Shown: positions 20,414 through 30,473 of the stretch, piece by piece
Position numbering within the stretch: the stretch's first letter is position 1
Layout of the letters: the number at the start of each line of letters is the position of its first letter
Assembly: GCA_030603365.1 (NCBI GenBank)
Contig: JAUVXV010000001.1
Span: 544,001 to 608,000, forward strand
DNA from: Candidatus Heimdallarchaeota archaeon
Lineage (GTDB): Archaea; Asgardarchaeota; Heimdallarchaeia; Heimdallarchaeales; Heimdallarchaeaceae
Direction: 5' to 3'
Length of the DNA stretch: 64,000 nucleotides
Program-made: the position numbers and the translations under genes
The notes under the pieces: model-generated
What the model was told of the DNA's origin: nothing
The model's database searches: none
Seen by the model: only the letters and a program-made list of their open reading frames with translations

Positions 20414-21268
20414 ATGTTGATAGATATGTTCGATGTCTTTGATACTTTTCTCTTTGACGGTGATGGTGTATTGTATAAGGAATCTAATCCACTTCCAGGA
20501 TCTATTGAATTTTTAAATTTCCTTGAAAAGCAAGGAAAGAAAGTATACATTTTAACCAACAATAGTACAAAAACGAGAAAAGAATTTCAAACCAAACTTA
20601 CAACTTTGGGAATTACTTTACCAATTAAAAACATATTAACCTCTTCTTATCTAACAGCAAAATATATTGAAAAACAGTCACCAAAAGCAACCATCTACGT
20701 AATTGGAGAAGATGGTCTTAGAAGTGAATTAAAAGCTGTTGGATTAGTTGTACTGAATGATTGGCAAGAAAACAATGAGGAAGATATTTTCGAATTCGAT
20801 TTTGATAAGGTTGATTATGTTATTACTGGAATGGACAGATTGCTTAATTACACAAAAATCTCCAGAGCAACCCATATTCTCCAAAACCATGACCATGTAA
20901 AATTCATAGCCACTAATGGTGATTTTACATTCCCCACAGTTAAAGGGTTAATTCCAGGGGGTGGAGCTATGATAAAAATATTAGAAGTATTGTCTGATAG
21001 AAATATAGAATTAGTTATAGGAAAACCCGAACCTGAAATGTATGAAACAGCTGTGGAATTATCTAAATCATCTATAGAAAAAACAATTATGTTTGGTGAT
21101 AGAATCGAAACTGATATCCTCGGAGCCAATCAAGTAGGAATGAGTTCTTGTTTAGTTTTAACAGGAGTTACTCAAATGCGAGACTTAGAGAATCTCACTG
21201 AAGAAAATGCTCCCACAATAATAATGAGTGACCTTCGAGATGCTCTTAACAATTTTAATTCTTCTTAA
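20414..21268 (+). CDS. HAD-IIA (NagD-like) phosphatase
   Basis: FDGDGVL, LTNNS, IGKPEP, GDRIETDI. Confidence 0.9.
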   Translation: MLIDMFDVFDTFLFDGDGVLYKESNPLPGSIEFLNFLEKQGKKVYILTNNSTKTRKEFQTKLTTLGITLPIKNILTSSYLTAKYIEKQSPKATIYVIGEDGLRSELKAVGLVVLNDWQENNEEDIFEFDFDKVDYVITGMDRLLNYTKISRATHILQNHDHVKFIATNGDFTFPTVKGLIPGGGAMIKILEVLSDRNIELVIGKPEPEMYETAVELSKSSIEKTIMFGDRIETDILGANQVGMSSCLVLTGVTQMRDLENLTEENAPTIIMSDLRDALNNFNSS

Positions 21269-21317
21269 TCAATCTAGATGTGATTAGATTTTTATATGAA
21301 AATGAATTAATTTTCTT

Positions 21318-24140
21318 GTGGTAAATATAACTAGATTCAAGAAATTTTCTTGCGTTTTTATGATAATGTGCTGTATATTCACTTATTCATCGTATGCTCA
21401 GAAAAAAGAATATTTACCTCCACTTATTGCCAAGAATACGATTCAATTAGAAGATGTGATAAAAAACAAGCGATTCTTGAATGAGTTTATAGATTCCAAT
21501 TTTAATGAGGAATTCAGAGTCTTTGTAAAAACTAATGATCAACGAACACTATCTGCTCTGAACCAAATGGGAAAGAATGTTAATACTTTTCGAAGTTATT
21601 CAGGTTTAGCAGTAACACTTACAAAAACTAACTTAGTAGATTTAATACAGGAAGGGGGTATTTCTGGTGTTTGGGAAAACTCACGACTTTACTCTGTTGA
21701 TGGAGAGTATAGTTTTTCATCATTGAACTACACTCAAGATATTGCTAATTTCACAGAAATGGTTTCTACAACCCCAATTTGGGCCGTAGGTTTCTATGGT
21801 AGTGATACTAAAGTTGCGATACTTGATACTGGAATAAAGACTGATCACCTTGCTTTAAACGTTACAATGAGTGGAAATGATAGAATAGTTGATTCTTGGA
21901 ATTTTATAAGTGATAATTCAAATGTAGAGGATGATAATGGTCATGGCACAGAAGTTGCAGGAATCATTGGAAGCAATGGACTTTATGGTTATCATTTTGG
22001 AGTAGCTCCAAATTGTAGTTTTATGATTGGAAAAATACTAGATTATAATGGGATGGGAACACTAGAACTGCTAATCCAGGGTATTGATTGGGCAATAGAA
22101 AACGATGCTGATATTATTAATCTCTCCCTTGGATCAATTGTAACAGATAGAAATTCTCCCGACATTGAAGCTGTAAATAATGCTGTTAGTAATGGTACAA
22201 TGGTCTGTGTTGCTGCTGGTAATATGAGGGGGATAGAAGAATTAGGTTACAATGATATGTTTACAATATTAACTCCAGGAATAGCTAAACAAGCTATTAC
22301 AGTTGGAGCAATTGATAACAATTATATGCTATACGAAACAAGTAGTGCTGGTCCAGTTGCTATTCAATATAATGAGGCTTCAGATTCATTTGTTTATGAT
22401 GATATTAATCTAGATAAGACATGGTTAAAACCTGATGTTGTTGCACCAGGTGTTATGCTTAATACAACAGCATTTGGAGGGCAAACAACTAAATTAGTGT
22501 CTGGAACAAGCTATGCTACAGCTGTTGTTTCTGGAGTGTGTTCTTTGTTAAAACAGATCTTTCCAGATAATAAACCTTCAACTTTTAAAGCATCATTATT
22601 AGAAACATCAATTGACATATCACCAGAAATCATGTCTCCTCTGGGTGATAAAGTAGAAATTTCGATTCCTTCCATCTATCAAGGTGCAGGTCTTGTTAAT
22701 GTTTCTAAAGCAGGACCCTTCCTAATTAATCCACCTTCTATAACTTTCTGGCCTAAACGAATACCATTTACACAAGAAGTTTATTTTCTTAATGAGTATG
22801 ATTCCTTCTACCTCAGTATCTTCATCAATAAGCAGATTTCGTCGTTGTCATACAAATATTATGAATTATATAGACCTTATTTTGAATTCTCATACTTTCC
22901 TAGAAATCCCAAAATTGGGCAACATGATATCCTTGTTAATTTTTCTACAAAAGAAAAATACTACGGATTAGTCAATTTTCCAATACATTTTAATGATGGA
23001 TTTATAGATTATGACTTGAATGTTTCCTTCTATCTAACGAGGGGAAAAGGAAGAATTTTATATGATGTAAATGAAATTGGAGATGAAAATCGATTCTCTC
23101 TATATGGTAACCTAAATGGTTTTTTTGATATATCTAAATACTTCGGATTGATTACAAAGGTTCTCCCTAGGGCAGATAATTCCCAACAAATTTCATCTCT
23201 TGATTTGAGAGATTATGAAGTAATTGCACTTCTCAATCATAATAGTTCAAGTTTACATGAATTTACGAGTGCTGATGAAGAAGCTATTCTTGATTATCTC
23301 CTGCCAGGAGGAGATTATCATGGTGGAACCGTGATATTTTTCCCAACAAGAAGTAGTGATTTCAATAGTCTAAACTCAATATTGGAACATTATGATATAA
23401 CCTATAGTGTTTTGATGAGTGATAATGAAACATTAGATTTATCATCAATTATTCATCCTCTTACATCAAATTACAACACAATAGGTATATTGTCATTAAT
23501 TTTACCACTTGAAGTATTGAAAGTAAATGATACTTACAACTCAATTGCAGATAGGTTTGTCTATAATGATACTAGACAAAATAGTGGATCATTGGTTCTA
23601 GCTTGCAATAACCTTGAGATGTTCTTAAATTCACCATATTTGTACAATAGTCTAACATCTAATTATGAAGAAAAACAGTCTTCACTTCAGTTTGGTGATA
23701 ACTATCAAATGTTGGAGAATATAATGGTGGCTTCTACAGTATCAGATATCTCAATGAATTACTCAATCAGTTCAACTGAATCACAATTAAACTCAGAAAT
23801 TCAAGTTACAATTTCAGCTTTAAACAACTATGAACCACTTACTGGTTGGGATTTCTTTCTTTCTTTAGAAACTTTACAAAATGTAGCTCAAAAAATAGAA
23901 ATTAAATATTATGATTTTATAGATTTCAAAAATGGTACATACATTTTTCATTTCACTCCAGGAATTTTTCCAATCCCAGGGGGTTCGTATTTCCTTTCGG
24001 TTCGTTCTTCTTATGATACAATGACCTGGACTGTGTATTTAATGACCGATTATTCGTGGGGACCAACACTCATCACTATATCGATTGCTGCTTGTATGTT
24101 ATTATTTGTTATTTTTAGAAAAAAACAGACTAAGCTGTAA
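21318..24140 (+). CDS. Membrane-anchored S8 (subtilisin-family) serine peptidase
   Basis: Triad ILDTG / NGHGT / SGTSYA, AAGN oxyanion, KPDVVAPG, C-terminal TM helix plus RKK. Confidence 0.9.
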   Translation: MVNITRFKKFSCVFMIMCCIFTYSSYAQKKEYLPPLIAKNTIQLEDVIKNKRFLNEFIDSNFNEEFRVFVKTNDQRTLSALNQMGKNVNTFRSYSGLAVTLTKTNLVDLIQEGGISGVWENSRLYSVDGEYSFSSLNYTQDIANFTEMVSTTPIWAVGFYGSDTKVAILDTGIKTDHLALNVTMSGNDRIVDSWNFISDNSNVEDDNGHGTEVAGIIGSNGLYGYHFGVAPNCSFMIGKILDYNGMGTLELLIQGIDWAIENDADIINLSLGSIVTDRNSPDIEAVNNAVSNGTMVCVAAGNMRGIEELGYNDMFTILTPGIAKQAITVGAIDNNYMLYETSSAGPVAIQYNEASDSFVYDDINLDKTWLKPDVVAPGVMLNTTAFGGQTTKLVSGTSYATAVVSGVCSLLKQIFPDNKPSTFKASLLETSIDISPEIMSPLGDKVEISIPSIYQGAGLVNVSKAGPFLINPPSITFWPKRIPFTQEVYFLNEYDSFYLSIFINKQISSLSYKYYELYRPYFEFSYFPRNPKIGQHDILVNFSTKEKYYGLVNFPIHFNDGFIDYDLNVSFYLTRGKGRILYDVNEIGDENRFSLYGNLNGFFDISKYFGLITKVLPRADNSQQISSLDLRDYEVIALLNHNSSSLHEFTSADEEAILDYLLPGGDYHGGTVIFFPTRSSDFNSLNSILEHYDITYSVLMSDNETLDLSSIIHPLTSNYNTIGILSLILPLEVLKVNDTYNSIADRFVYNDTRQNSGSLVLACNNLEMFLNSPYLYNSLTSNYEEKQSSLQFGDNYQMLENIMVASTVSDISMNYSISSTESQLNSEIQVTISALNNYEPLTGWDFFLSLETLQNVAQKIEIKYYDFIDFKNGTYIFHFTPGIFPIPGGSYFLSVRSSYDTMTWTVYLMTDYSWGPTLITISIAACMLLFVIFRKKQTKL

Positions 24141-24513
24141 GAATTTGATATACATTCTTACCATATTTTGTTAGTATAGTCATTCCTAGAGCTAAACTAT
24201 AAATGTCCTTTGAAGCAGCCAAAACAATGAATTGGTCTAGATTTAGTAGAATAACAAAACCCTCTGTCCCCTTTATAATAACTTGATCCAGATTTCCACA
24301 TTTAATTTGATTTACAGTTTGTTGTCCTGCTGAATTGAGAGCAGAAGCTAAGGCTGACATTATAACTTGATCTGTGCTTTTTTCAGCAAAAAAAGCAAGC
24401 TCTTGACCTTCTGAACTCACAACAGCAATAGCACTTAAACTACATTCCTTTGAAATATCTCTAAGAATTCCTAGTAGTTTCGATTTCTTTTCAGGTGGCA
24501 AATCATTTAACAT
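24130..24513 (-). CDS. Roadblock/LC7 domain protein
   Basis: AIAVVSSEG...MSALASAL...LDQVIIKGTEGFVIL...LG. Start ATG 24513; convergent overlap with the S8 gene. Confidence 0.85.
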   Translation of the reverse strand: MLNDLPPEKKSKLLGILRDISKECSLSAIAVVSSEGQELAFFAEKSTDQVIMSALASALNSAGQQTVNQIKCGNLDQVIIKGTEGFVILLNLDQFIVLAASKDIYSLALGMTILTKYGKNVYQILTA

Positions 24514-24560
24514 TAAGCTAGAACATCTATGCAAAATTATAAGTTTTCTTATACATTAAG

Positions 24561-25196
24561 CTAAATTAATCTATCTCGATGTGTTTTACATACCGGAGTG
24601 TAGACCTCTAAATCTTTGTCCTTGCTCTTATAGATCCAGACATTTAAAGCAAAAGCAGGTTTTCCACAGATAAAACAAGCTTTCTCATCATATATTGGCT
24701 TCTTTTTCCTAGGCATACGATTCCAGTGGTCCTTAAAATCCTCAAAATTATCTAGATACTTTTTATGTAGTATCTGGGCTTCTTCGTCTTCACTTGGTTT
24801 CTTTCCAGTTGAAAATACTATATAGCTCCAAATTGTAATTGAAAGCATATTTCCAAATGACTTTAGTGGAATAAAATGATATCCTGTAATATTTATTTGT
24901 TGAAAACTTTTGTCCATAATAAAATCTATCATGATATCTTTTTTGTGTGAAGTCTGACCTATGTCTAGTTGGTACTTTCTAGAAACTCTAACTAATCTCT
25001 TAGAAAGTTCTTCAAACAACCAATCTACAGTTTTTTGACTACCTTTTCTTCTGATGTTCAGAAATTTAATTTCCAGAATAGGAAAAGATATTGTTATGAA
25101 TATCTCACCCAAAGCTGCATTTGCCTTTCTAACTAGATAGTTATATAAACCAGATGGAAAAGTATATTTTTTTCTGTTAGGTTCCACTTCTTTCAC
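24561..25196 (-). CDS. Hypothetical protein with C-terminal CxxC...CxxH Zn finger
   Basis: CFICGKPA...PVCKTH. Confidence 0.6.
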   Translation of the reverse strand: MKEVEPNRKKYTFPSGLYNYLVRKANAALGEIFITISFPILEIKFLNIRRKGSQKTVDWLFEELSKRLVRVSRKYQLDIGQTSHKKDIMIDFIMDKSFQQINITGYHFIPLKSFGNMLSITIWSYIVFSTGKKPSEDEEAQILHKKYLDNFEDFKDHWNRMPRKKKPIYDEKACFICGKPAFALNVWIYKSKDKDLEVYTPVCKTHRDRLI

Positions 25197-25256
25197 GTTT
25201 AGATTAATAATTCAATAAAATAGGTGGAATACTAGCCTAAAAATTTAACGTAAGAA

Positions 25257-25586
25257 TTAGCTATCTTTTGCCGCTTTTTCAACAAGAGCTTTCAATTTAT
25301 CTCGCTTTGCACCAATTAGTGAATTGAAAGGTTTCCCCTCTTTGAAAACAACAAATGTTGGAAGACTTGCAATCATATGTTTTTGAGCAAAAGCTGATTC
25401 TGTATCCATGTTCATACGTACAAATCTTATCTTACTGGAATATTGCTCTGATAATTGTTCAAAATATGGTTCAATTCCCCTACAAGGACCACACCAAGGT
25501 GCCCATGTATCTACAATGATTGGCCTGGTTTCTGATTGTAATATTGCTTCGAATTCATCAAAAGTCACGTCAGGTACTTTTCCCAT
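25257..25586 (-). CDS. trxA: Thioredoxin
   Basis: WAPWCGPC, cis-Pro motif LPT, 109 aa. Confidence 0.95.
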   Translation of the reverse strand: MGKVPDVTFDEFEAILQSETRPIIVDTWAPWCGPCRGIEPYFEQLSEQYSSKIRFVRMNMDTESAFAQKHMIASLPTFVVFKEGKPFNSLIGAKRDKLKALVEKAAKDS

Positions 25587-25800
25587 TTTTTTATCACTCT
25601 GCTAAATTTTCTGCTATTTCATTTGCTTTTTAAAGCACTAGTATATAATTATTAGTTTCATGAGAATTTTATTAGAAATAAAAGTTTATGTAAAACGACC
25701 AAAAGAAGCAAAGTTTAAGTATATACTTTTGAAGTCTAAATAAGTAAATTTGTGATAAAAGAATACATGGAATCACGAGAATAAAAGGTGTTTAGTTTTT

Positions 25801-27822
25801 ATGGTCTCCCGAATATTCGATGATATTAAGGAAGAAATAACTAAGGTTCTGAAAACCGAATATAAAACTGATTTAGAGTTAATTTGGACATTTCCACGTT
25901 CCTCTGAATTAGGAGATATCAGTTTTCCTTTGTTCAATCTCTCTAAAAAATTACAAAAATCTCCCCAGGAAATTAGTAATTTTATACTAAAGAATTTCTC
26001 TTATCTTGACATAATCGAAGATATATCTCTACAAGGTGGTTTTCTTAACGTTTTTCTAAAGAAAGATAAGTTTACATCAAAAATCATTCAAAACTTGTTA
26101 AAACAGGATCAATATGGAACTAGCACCTTAAAATCACAAGAAAGAATAATAGTTGAGCATACATCTGCAAATCCTACAGGACCATTACATGTAGGTAATG
26201 TTCGAAGCTCAATAATCGGAGATGTAATTGGACGATTATACAGATTCTTAGGAGCTAAAATTAATTTCAGGTATTATGTTAATGATTTAGGAAGACAAAT
26301 AGCTCCTCTAGTTATAGGATATCAGCTGGTGAAAGATAAAATACAACCGGATGCGAAAATAGACCTTTGGGTAGGAAAATTATATGCGGTAATGAATACT
26401 ATCTTGGAAATAAACCAAATAAAGGATTTACTGAAATCCAAAGGCTTCAATTTGAATAATAAGTATTCAAAATACGAGCTTAAAGAAGAGGAAATTGCCG
26501 ATTATATTCAGCAGATAAAGAATACAGACGATTTAGAAGAGCAAAAAGAGAAAATTATTGTTCAATTACAAAAATTACTAAGAATTCAATCCTCTCTTCT
26601 AGAGAGAATCCCTGATCTATACGATATTTTGTATACGCTGACTTTAGAGAATATTGAGGATTTGAGTTCACAAACAACTCTTTACGTTAAGAAGTACCAA
26701 GAGGGTAAAGATCAAGAAATTATACCTCAATTTAGAAACTTGACTAAAAAGGTTTTATCTGGTCATATTGAAACACTTCAAATGTTGAATATCTTCCTAG
26801 ACGATTATGACTGGGAATCTGAATATGCTTGGTCAGGAGAAGTGCCCTTAATTCTAGATGAATTAAGTAAGAAAGAATACCTTAAACATGACAATAAAGC
26901 TAGATTACTCATATGTGATAAAATAGCAAATGAGACATCTTACAAAAAGAAGTACAATATAAACTATGAAATACCTGATTTGATAATCGTAAATTCTGAA
27001 GGAATCTCACTTTATCCATGCCGTGATATCGTTTATCATTTGCACAAATTGGATGCGTTTGATGCGACCTACTGTTATAATGTAATTAGCAAGCAACAAC
27101 AATTAGCACAACAAGGTGTAAAATTAGCTCTCTATGGTTTAGGTAAGCCTGAAATTGCAGATAAAATCGAACACTTCGATTATGAATACGTGTCTCTTGT
27201 TGGTAGAAAAATGGCTGGACGAGAATTTGAATATGTTACTCCCGATGAACTTTATGAATTAACTCAAACGGAGATATACGAAATTCTCAAGAATCGTGAG
27301 TATTCTCAGAGCCAAATGGATGAGATAGCTCAAAAGGTGTCATCGAGTAGCATTAAATATCACATTCTTAAAATGGATCCACAAAAAGCAATAACATTTG
27401 ATGTTAAAAAAGCAGTAGACCCTAATGAAAATTCTGGGCCTTTTCTTCAATATTCATATGCAAGGGCGCTTAACATCTTACTAAAAGCTCCTGAAAAAGG
27501 AATAAATGTTCAAGAAATCCTTGATAATATTGATAAAATCGAAATGAAAATTGAGAAGGAAGCTGAATGGAATATTGTTAAGTTGATTGAAGAATTACCT
27601 CATATGTTGATTAAATCTTTAAAGACTCTAAAACCTGATTCAGTTGCGAACTTCTCATATTCATTAGCTTCAGCATTCCACAAATTTTATGATGCATGTC
27701 CTGTACTTGTTGTAAAGGATGAAGCAGTTAAACAAACAAGAATTCTTATCGTATATTCTATAGTGAAATGTTTAGAAAGTTTATTTGAAGTAATGGGAAT
27801 TGATGTTTTAGAAAAAATGTAA
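25801..27822 (+). CDS. argS: Arginyl-tRNA synthetase
   Basis: EHTSANPTGPLHVGN, YYVNDLGRQ, LQYSYARA, FHKFYDACPVL, C-terminal EKM. Confidence 0.95.
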   Translation: MVSRIFDDIKEEITKVLKTEYKTDLELIWTFPRSSELGDISFPLFNLSKKLQKSPQEISNFILKNFSYLDIIEDISLQGGFLNVFLKKDKFTSKIIQNLLKQDQYGTSTLKSQERIIVEHTSANPTGPLHVGNVRSSIIGDVIGRLYRFLGAKINFRYYVNDLGRQIAPLVIGYQLVKDKIQPDAKIDLWVGKLYAVMNTILEINQIKDLLKSKGFNLNNKYSKYELKEEEIADYIQQIKNTDDLEEQKEKIIVQLQKLLRIQSSLLERIPDLYDILYTLTLENIEDLSSQTTLYVKKYQEGKDQEIIPQFRNLTKKVLSGHIETLQMLNIFLDDYDWESEYAWSGEVPLILDELSKKEYLKHDNKARLLICDKIANETSYKKKYNINYEIPDLIIVNSEGISLYPCRDIVYHLHKLDAFDATYCYNVISKQQQLAQQGVKLALYGLGKPEIADKIEHFDYEYVSLVGRKMAGREFEYVTPDELYELTQTEIYEILKNREYSQSQMDEIAQKVSSSSIKYHILKMDPQKAITFDVKKAVDPNENSGPFLQYSYARALNILLKAPEKGINVQEILDNIDKIEMKIEKEAEWNIVKLIEELPHMLIKSLKTLKPDSVANFSYSLASAFHKFYDACPVLVVKDEAVKQTRILIVYSIVKCLESLFEVMGIDVLEKM

Positions 27823-27834
27823 AGGTTTGATTGA

Positions 27835-28845
27835 ATGCCAAATAAAGATATGATTTATGGTGGATTTGACCCGTCATTTATTGACATTGATATTCAACCC
27901 ATTGACTCTAAAACAGATAAGCTAATAGCTAAATTACCAGCGTTAGGCTCACATCACACATCAACTGATATCATTTTTCGACCAGGGGGTAATGGTTTCA
28001 ATCTATGTAGAACACTAGCTACTTTAGGAAGACCAGTCACTTATGTGGGGCCATCTTCACAGTTATTTGAAAATCTTTTAAGAGAAAAAAATATCCCAGT
28101 GCAAGTTAAAGCAATAGAGAATTCTGAAGTAAACTTCACTGGAATACTCAATCTTCTAGACGGAGAAATTCAGTTCAATTCTGTCAAGGGAAAATTATCT
28201 GTTGATTCATTATCGGAAGAACTGGTTAAACTTTACAGAAAAAGTCCCTTGAAATCAATAAGTAATGTGTCTTTGAACCCCTCTTCAATCGAATGGATTA
28301 GTTCTCTTGTGTTAAGTTTGTGGTCTAGTGATATTTTAGAAATTCTTCATGAAGGAGTACCTCCCTTAGACCTACTACAAAAGAGTGGTGAAACATCATT
28401 TGAAGGTGTAATGTTTATAGATCCATCAGATATCACCAATTTTAAACAAAAAGAGGAGTTTAGATTATTTCTTCTAGAATTAAAGAAATTGGAAGGAGAA
28501 AAATATCTTTCCGTAAATGAAAATGAATTAAGATGTCTTTCTGAAATTTTCTCAAACTCACCACAACAATTATTTGAGCTTCTTGAATTACCCATAATAT
28601 CTCATTCTGCAGAGGAAGTAATTTACTATGGGAAAGAAAATATCCGATTAATTTCAAAGCAATTAGAAACACAGAAAACCTTTGTGGGTGCAGGAGATTG
28701 CTTCAATGGTTCCTTCCTACATTCAATTTTTGATGACAATTCTACTGAAGATTCTTTGGAGTATGCGATCGAAGCCGCTTCATATCTGATTGAAACTGGA
28801 GATTATCCTTCAGCATTACATATCTCAAAAAGAATAAATACGTGA
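27835..28845 (+). CDS. PfkB/ribokinase-family carbohydrate kinase
   Basis: PGGNGFN, VNENE, TFVGAGDCFNG. Confidence 0.8.
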   Translation: MPNKDMIYGGFDPSFIDIDIQPIDSKTDKLIAKLPALGSHHTSTDIIFRPGGNGFNLCRTLATLGRPVTYVGPSSQLFENLLREKNIPVQVKAIENSEVNFTGILNLLDGEIQFNSVKGKLSVDSLSEELVKLYRKSPLKSISNVSLNPSSIEWISSLVLSLWSSDILEILHEGVPPLDLLQKSGETSFEGVMFIDPSDITNFKQKEEFRLFLLELKKLEGEKYLSVNENELRCLSEIFSNSPQQLFELLELPIISHSAEEVIYYGKENIRLISKQLETQKTFVGAGDCFNGSFLHSIFDDNSTEDSLEYAIEAASYLIETGDYPSALHISKRINT

Positions 28846-28902
28846 ATACAAGTACTTACTAAAACAGTTCTCGTAGCAAAATTAATGGAAGAATGCTAAA
28901 CA

Positions 28903-29937
28903 ATGTCACTTAAAGTTGAAGATTCGAAAGAATACAAGGAAATTCAGAAACGGATTGATCTACTACAACTTCTCAAATTGTACTATGGTTCTGGAGCAAA
29001 TTTCTATGATTTTGATACAGGAGATATTCCTCTGAGAGAACTGATTGCTTTTATGTCTGATGAAGGCTATCCAAGAAGACTTCCTGAAGCTGATCATGTT
29101 CTTAAAAGAATGGATGAAGAAATAATAGCTTTAGAAAATGAAAAGAAAAAGATGAGACTCCAAGAAATGGAGTCAAGGAACCTGAATTCACTTCTGATAA
29201 TAACTTCTTGGACAAAATTGATTAATACACCAAACAAAGGAGTTTTTCTAGATAAACCAGTGGTGGATCTTCGAAGAGATACTATTGTAATGCTCACTGA
29301 TGAAACTCAAACCTTCAAAGAACTTACAGATGAAAGAATTGCTGTGATATTTGGACCAGGGTTATATTTCTCTGAATTTGCTGTAGATAGAGGAAATTAT
29401 TTAGAAGATTCCCTTGAAATAAACGGTGTATGTTTACCATTAGACTTGTTAGGTAAGATTTATACTGCAGACAAAATTTACCATTCTGATAAGATTGATG
29501 CTACTATTACAGAAGTATCAACAATTCTACCATTTCATATACTAGAACAAACTGAATCTGTTCAAACATATGTAAAAGGAATCATAAGTCGTAATGTATT
29601 TCTTCCCAATAAAACTGCAATAGAGAAATTTAATCAACATATTATGGACCCAGTTTCCTATGCTATTTCTGAGGGGTTTAAAATTATGTCTGCTCATCCT
29701 TTATGGTACAACAAATTACTTGTAGAACCAGATTATGAATTTAGGACTGGTAGTGGTAAGAAAGCATATAGTACGGCAGGTATAGGATCACTTTCAGGAA
29801 TGGTTCATAAAATCAAACCAATTATTTTTTCTTCTCCAGCTAAAGAAAGAGAACAATTAGAAAGAATTTCAGAAATTGTTAAACAATATAGAGAAATGGG
29901 ATACCCTCTTCTGAAAGCATGGATACCCTCTTACTGA
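28903..29937 (+). CDS. Hypothetical protein
   Basis: 344-aa clean ORF with a short coiled coil; no family recognised. Confidence 0.7.
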   Translation: MSLKVEDSKEYKEIQKRIDLLQLLKLYYGSGANFYDFDTGDIPLRELIAFMSDEGYPRRLPEADHVLKRMDEEIIALENEKKKMRLQEMESRNLNSLLIITSWTKLINTPNKGVFLDKPVVDLRRDTIVMLTDETQTFKELTDERIAVIFGPGLYFSEFAVDRGNYLEDSLEINGVCLPLDLLGKIYTADKIYHSDKIDATITEVSTILPFHILEQTESVQTYVKGIISRNVFLPNKTAIEKFNQHIMDPVSYAISEGFKIMSAHPLWYNKLLVEPDYEFRTGSGKKAYSTAGIGSLSGMVHKIKPIIFSSPAKEREQLERISEIVKQYREMGYPLLKAWIPSY

Positions 29938-29940
29938 TTG

Positions 29941-30465
29941 TTAGAGTATAGTTGATGAAGCTATTTCCTCTAATACTCTTTTTTCAATTACTAGAATATC
30001 CTCTTCACATTGATATTTCAAACTTAAATCTTTGATGCTAAGAATTGGGAATTTGATCTCAATTAATTTGTCGTCAGAAAGATTCAGTTGCTGCATGAAG
30101 TTTTCAACTTCTTCTTTGTTTTCTTCTTTCTCTCCTCCGAAGGCTATTATCATAACCATCTCACTAGTTTCATTTATACCATATATTTCAAGAGCACTCG
30201 ATATCTGCTTTTGTCCTGAGATTCTCAATAAGAACTCTGTCCCAATATCTCGAGCCTTATTTCGATTCTGTTTGAAAGCTTTCAAAGTATGATAAATTGA
30301 AACTAAAATTTGTTTTTCGCTTACAATGAATTTTGGATTAATAATCTGTAAATGAATCTCCTTATTTTGTTTTAATTTTATCTTCTTCAGATAATTATCA
30401 ACATCAATAGGGTGAGAAGGATAAAAGGTTTGATAATGAAAGTTATATTGCTCTTCATTATTCAT
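29941..30465 (-). CDS. cgi121: KEOPS complex subunit Cgi121
   Basis: QIINPKFIVSEKQILVSIYHTLKAF...ARDIGTEFLLRISGQKQISSALE.YGI. Confidence 0.85.
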   Translation of the reverse strand: MNNEEQYNFHYQTFYPSHPIDVDNYLKKIKLKQNKEIHLQIINPKFIVSEKQILVSIYHTLKAFKQNRNKARDIGTEFLLRISGQKQISSALEIYGINETSEMVMIIAFGGEKEENKEEVENFMQQLNLSDDKLIEIKFPILSIKDLSLKYQCEEDILVIEKRVLEEIASSTIL

Positions 30466-30473
30466 TCGAAATA

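Noticed and set aside
29746-29766. TGSGKK as a Walker A motif
   Set aside because: No GxxxxGK[ST] spacing, it is C-terminal, and no Walker B follows.
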